Positions 59,777 through 64,000 of a DNA stretch of 64,000 nucleotides are shown piece by piece (the stretch's first letter is position 1; the number at the start of each line of letters is the position of its first letter). The notes beneath the pieces were generated by a model. It was not told where the DNA came from and did not search any database. It saw only the letters and a list, made by a program, of their open reading frames with translations. The DNA comes from an uncultured Aquimarina sp. (GTDB taxonomy: Bacteria; Bacteroidota; Bacteroidia; Flavobacteriales; Flavobacteriaceae): assembly GCA_947496555.1 (NCBI GenBank), contig CANMDH010000027.1:261-64260 (forward strand), read 5' to 3'. The position numbers and the translations under genes are program-made.

Positions 59777-61366
59777 TTATTGCTCATTTTTTGCCTTTCT
59801 TAAGACTTTTCCTGCCTTTAGATTTTGAAATACTTCGTTATCAATAGAAAGTTGTCCGTTGATCATCACATAATATATCCCCTCTGGGTACTGATGTGGT
59901 TTTTCAAATGTTGCTTTGTCAATAATTGTTTTTGGATCAAAGATTACTATATCGGCCTTCATTTTTTCTTTAATAACTCCCCTGTCGTTTAAACCAAGGG
60001 TTATCGACGGAAGTTTTGTCATTTTATATATTGCCTCTGATAAGGAGAGTACTGATTTTTCTCTAACATAATGCCCTAAAACTCTTGGAAAAGTACCGTA
60101 CCACCGTGGGTGCGGATGTCCCATTCCGGGTTTGACCAGTCTTCCATCAGAAGCGATCATGGTTTGCGGATGCTTCATAATTCGCTCTACATCACCTTCA
60201 TCCATGGCATGATAAACACACGAAGCACCTCCTTTTACCTGAGCTTCTATTACGAGATCTGCACCATTTTCTACAGTTGGTTTTAATCCTTTTAACTCGC
60301 ACCAATATTTCAAAGTCTTTCCCTCTAGTTCAGGCATCCATTTTACCTTGGCAAATTGTATTCTATTTAGGTCACTGCCTCCGCGATCATTTAAAATATT
60401 GAAAATAATTCCAGACTTGATACTATCTCTTAGTTTGGGGTTTAGCACTCTTTGTTTAAAGGCATCGTTGCCTCCGGCTCTTGCCCAACTTGGAATTAAT
60501 ACAGATATCCCTGTATAGCTGGCATTATATGGGTATTGATCCATTTTAATATCAAGTCCAGCGGCCCTGGCAGAATCTACCATGGCCAACGTCCTGGTAC
60601 TTTTACCCCACATGGGTTTTCCAATTACTTTATGATGTGTTAATATCACTGGGATATCTGCTTTTTCAGAAATGAAAATAGCTTCTTTTACCGCTTCGAA
60701 CAACCCTAATCCTTCTTCTCTTAAATGTGATGTATAAATTCCTTCTTCGGCTGATGCAGCTTTTGATAGTTCGATAACTTCGTCTACTTTAGAGAAAGCT
60801 CCCGGTAAATATTTTAAACCAGTAGAAATTCCATACGCTCCTTCTTGCATCGCCTGTTGTATTTGTTCCTTCATAAGATACAATTCTTGTTGAGTTGGAG
60901 CTCTGTTTTCTAACCCCATCACATTTTTCCTAACTGTATTATGGCCGATAAGGTATGCTACATTCATTCCGATGCCAACTTTTGTCAATGTATCCAGATA
61001 TTTTCCAAAGGGCCAGGGACTAGACCCATCCGGACCACCTAAAGCCGTAGTTACTCCTTGTCTAATATGGCTTTCACAGTTTGGAAGTTCAAGGATAGGA
61101 TCCAGGTGAGCATGCATGTCGATAAATCCGGGCGCAACTACCATATTACTGGCATCGATAATACGCATGGCCTTTGCTTTAGAAAGATCTCCTATTTTTT
61201 CGATAACATCATCCTTTATGCCTATATCCATAGGTATTGCATCACTTCCTGTACCATCATAGATAGTACCATTTTTTATAATAATTGTATATACTTCTTG
61301 CTTAGAACAACTACATAAAATAACTGTAATTAGGAAGAAACTAAATAAGATATTTGACTTAATCAT
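59777..61366 (-). CDS. N-acyl-D-amino-acid deacylase (D-aminoacylase) family lipoprotein
   Basis: Lipobox ILCSC; APGFIDMHAH, SHLR.E, DQYPY, IASDG, HPRWYGTFPRVLG. Confidence 0.9.
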   Translation of the reverse strand: MIKSNILFSFFLITVILCSCSKQEVYTIIIKNGTIYDGTGSDAIPMDIGIKDDVIEKIGDLSKAKAMRIIDASNMVVAPGFIDMHAHLDPILELPNCESHIRQGVTTALGGPDGSSPWPFGKYLDTLTKVGIGMNVAYLIGHNTVRKNVMGLENRAPTQQELYLMKEQIQQAMQEGAYGISTGLKYLPGAFSKVDEVIELSKAASAEEGIYTSHLREEGLGLFEAVKEAIFISEKADIPVILTHHKVIGKPMWGKSTRTLAMVDSARAAGLDIKMDQYPYNASYTGISVLIPSWARAGGNDAFKQRVLNPKLRDSIKSGIIFNILNDRGGSDLNRIQFAKVKWMPELEGKTLKYWCELKGLKPTVENGADLVIEAQVKGGASCVYHAMDEGDVERIMKHPQTMIASDGRLVKPGMGHPHPRWYGTFPRVLGHYVREKSVLSLSEAIYKMTKLPSITLGLNDRGVIKEKMKADIVIFDPKTIIDKATFEKPHQYPEGIYYVMINGQLSIDNEVFQNLKAGKVLRKAKNEQ

Positions 61367-62214
61367 GTCTGTTTTTTTAGTGTTAAAAAGGCTTCCTGAA
61401 GCTTTTTAGTTATTGGACCTGTATTATTTCCTTTATAAAAAGAGTATTCATTTATTTGCTGCACAGAAACTATCTGTGTTGTTGTTCCTGTCAAAAAAAC
61501 TTCGTCCAATAGAAAGATATCTTGTTCTTTTATTGCCTCCTGTCTAATTTCTATACCTAAATCATGACAGAGCTGTATCACAATTTGTCGGGTAATACCG
61601 TCTAAAATGAAATTATTGGCAGGGTGGGTGTACACTATATTATTTTTTGTAAAGAAAACATTACAATGTGAAGCTTCGGTAATGATACCATCCCGTATTA
61701 GAATAGCTTCGTATGCTCCATGTTTCATTGCATACTCGTTTACCATAACATTGCCTAATAGAGAAGTCATTTTAATATCACAACGACCCCACCTATAATC
61801 TGATGTAGTGACTGCTTTTATGTGTTTTTGATTGATTTCTGGAAGTTCAAAAGGCATGATATACATCATTACTGTTGGTGTTACTTCTTTGGGATAAGCA
61901 TGTTTTCTTGGAGCGATACCGCGGGTAATCTGTATGTATATCAAACAATCTTGACCTTCTAAATCTGAAACTTTTCTTAACCTTTTAATATCATTTAAAA
62001 GAGAATTAGCATCAAAATCTATATTTACTTTTTGAAGGCAATCTGAGAGACGTTCCAAATGAGCATCTGCATAAAAAAAATCACCGTTCACTTGTGCCAT
62101 CACTTCATAGACACCATCGCCAAATATAAAACCTCTGTCAAATACAGATATTTTGGCATCTTTATGATCTAATATTTTGCCGTTTAGATACACTTTTTTC
62201 GGGTAGCCATTCAT
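61363..62214 (-). CDS. D-amino-acid aminotransferase (PLP fold type IV)
   Basis: DRGFIFGDGVYEV, YIQITRG.APRKH, RWGRCDIK (PLP Lys), ILDGITR, TGTT. Confidence 0.88.
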   Translation of the reverse strand: MNGYPKKVYLNGKILDHKDAKISVFDRGFIFGDGVYEVMAQVNGDFFYADAHLERLSDCLQKVNIDFDANSLLNDIKRLRKVSDLEGQDCLIYIQITRGIAPRKHAYPKEVTPTVMMYIMPFELPEINQKHIKAVTTSDYRWGRCDIKMTSLLGNVMVNEYAMKHGAYEAILIRDGIITEASHCNVFFTKNNIVYTHPANNFILDGITRQIVIQLCHDLGIEIRQEAIKEQDIFLLDEVFLTGTTTQIVSVQQINEYSFYKGNNTGPITKKLQEAFLTLKKQT

Positions 62215-62254
62215 TTGCTTTGAGTTAAGTTTTTATTTAATATAATGATAAGTA

Positions 62255-63237
62255 TTAATTAATATATCCCGGAACGGCGATTGTTGCCATTGTATGTAAT
62301 CCTGATGGTGCTTTTAAAATACTTTTTACACTATTTATAGTGATCGCACAAGTTGCAATATCACCGTTTATGCCCGTATCAATTTCTGAAACAAATGAAG
62401 GAACACCTTTTATTGTTACTCTATCAAAGGACCTTGGTTCACCGATTGCTGCTTTAAAATGCATTTCAATTTTGCTGGTTCCGTTGACATATCCGTGTGA
62501 TATTTGCTCTACGCCGCGAGCATTACCTTTCTTAATATTCATTGATGTAACATTTATGTTATCCTCTGCGATGACCGGTTTAAGATCTTCAGTAACTTCA
62601 TCTAGCTTTAAACCTATACTCTGCGCTAAGAAATAAACAGACTCTTTTAATCCGACATGCCTTAATGTGCCTGTGAGTTCTTTCTTTTTAAAAGCCTCTA
62701 AATCGAGTCCTGCTCCAATTTTTTGTTGAAAAGGGACTCTTCTGGGTGATGCATCCTGAATACGTTCTACCTTAATACTCTCAATGTTTTTACATACTGA
62801 ACTTAATACCGAGGGTAGATAATCCATTAAAAAACCAGGGTTTACCCCAGTTCCCAGGCAAGCAATATTGTATTTCTTGCAAATAGCATCTATTCTCTCG
62901 CTTATTTTAGGGTTTTCCTCCCAAGGATAAGATAACTCTTCACAAGTTGATACTATAGATATACCATGTTTGGCCACATCTTCTATTTGTGATTCTAATT
63001 TCTGGATATCGGATACTGTGGTTATGATAGCTAAATCAGGTTTTTTAGAGAGTTATCAACAGTATTTTCTATGAATACGTTAGAAGCTTTTCCGTTAATA
63101 AATTCCCCGAAATCCTTTCCTTTTAAATCTTTATTAATGTCCACAGCAGCAACAGTTTGTATTTCATTTTTCTCATCAATGTATCTACCTATTTGCCGAC
63201 CTAACGGACCCAATCCTATCTGAATTATAGTAATCAT
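62255..63237 (-). pseudogene. NAD(P)-dependent 2,4-diaminopentanoate dehydrogenase / native amine dehydrogenase-like gene, interrupted by a -1 frameshift
   Basis: ORF 63031-63237 carries the Rossmann motif IGLGPLG; ORF 62255-62977 carries STCEEL and GTGVNPGF. One extra A in the A6 run at 63041-63046 fuses them into a 327-aa protein. Confidence 0.8.
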
Positions 63238-63299
63238 ATATGTTATCGTTTTTTAATAGTCAAGTTATTTTACAATATATTACCTTGCAAAGTATAACT

Positions 63300-63326
63300 T
63301 GCTCTATAGTTTAGAGCATACCAATT
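63300..63326. promoter_or_regulatory. Inverted repeat plus ATACCA, candidate MocR operator
   Basis: TGCTCTA-tagtt-TAGAGCA (63300-63318) overlapping ATACCA (63318-63323) in the divergent intergenic region. Confidence 0.5.
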
Positions 63327-63349
63327 ATTTTTTTTAACGCATAACAGTT

Positions 63350-64000
63350 TTGAACGAAAAATTAAATAGCATTCTCTTTTCTCATGGATTTAACTATCAA
63401 AATGATGAGCAGAGTCTTTATGAGAAATTGTTTAGTTCTATTGCAAAAGCAATTATTGAAAAGAAGTTAAATAAAGGGTATAAATTACCATCTACCAGAT
63501 TACTTGCTCAGGATTTAAATTTGTCCCGAAGTACCGTGCTTAAGGCATATGAAATACTTTGTATAGAAAAATATATTAGTGCCGTACATGGTTCAGGTTA
63601 TTTTGTCAATGATGTACAAGATAAAAAGATAAAATATAGTCTGAAAACACCTGTAAAGCATAATCCAAAAACTAATGGCAAGGTTCATGTCTATCCTGAA
63701 ATTTCGAAGAGGGCTAAACAGTTTCGTAGAAGTGTAAGCATAATGAACCGAAGTGAACATAGAGGTATTGCTTTTAGACCCGGTTTACCACCCCTTGATG
63801 CATTCCCAGTAAGACAGTGGCAGAACTTAATGAATAATTACTGGAAAGATGTCACCTATTCTGATTTATCGTATCGAGATGCGCTTGGTCTGGATGGGCT
63901 AAGAAAGAACATAGCTAATTATTTAAAGATTTATAGAAATATTCAGTGTGATTATAAACAGGTAATTATTGTAACAGGATCTTTACATTCCTTAGCTATT
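63350..64000 (+). CDS. MocR/GabR family regulator (GntR HTH + PLP aminotransferase-like domain), 5' part only
   Basis: Not in the ORF track. Manual translation from TTG 63350 gives KLPSTRLLAQDLNLSRSTVLKAYEIL...GSGYFV...AFRPGLPPLDAFP...LRKNIANYL...QVIIVTGS; open to the window end. Confidence 0.9.
   Translation, partial: MNEKLNSILFSHGFNYQNDEQSLYEKLFSSIAKAIIEKKLNKGYKLPSTRLLAQDLNLSRSTVLKAYEILCIEKYISAVHGSGYFVNDVQDKKIKYSLKTPVKHNPKTNGKVHVYPEISKRAKQFRRSVSIMNRSEHRGIAFRPGLPPLDAFPVRQWQNLMNNYWKDVTYSDLSYRDALGLDGLRKNIANYLKIYRNIQCDYKQVIIVTGSLHSLAI

Noticed and set aside
62255..62977. Standalone second dapB starting at GTG 62977
   Set aside because: Lacks the Rossmann fold and the DapB HH..K.DAPSGTA motif; it is the 3' part of the frameshifted gene.

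Overview
AT-rich bacterial chromosomal segment. Gene content and Bacteroidetes-type TAnnTTTG promoter boxes point to a Flavobacteriaceae genome (inference). 1-23 kb is mostly core: DUF721/DciA-like gene, recF, ribH, mutL, two rhomboids, lepB, dapB, parAB, an SDR, methylmalonyl-CoA mutase subunits, ftsB-like gene, udk. 23-37 kb is a DeoR-regulated SusC/SusD locus whose cargo matches peptidoglycan glycan scavenging (DigH-like GHL10, AmpG, NagZ-type GH3, AnmK, NagB-deacetylase fusion), plus an unexplained GNAT and SAM methyltransferase. 37-52 kb holds a PQQ sugar dehydrogenase/cytochrome c pair, a TonB receptor, a TPR-MORN + active/inactive DUF3857-transglutaminase trio, and an Ntn acylase. 52-64 kb is a D-amino-acid/D-peptide catabolic cluster of mostly exported enzymes, divergent from a MocR regulator. 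Its first gene, an Ord/amine-dehydrogenase-like enzyme, is split by a -1 frameshift at an A_AAA_AAC heptamer. No rRNA, tRNA, CRISPR array or mobile element was recognised. All product calls come from motif and family recognition by eye, not database searches.
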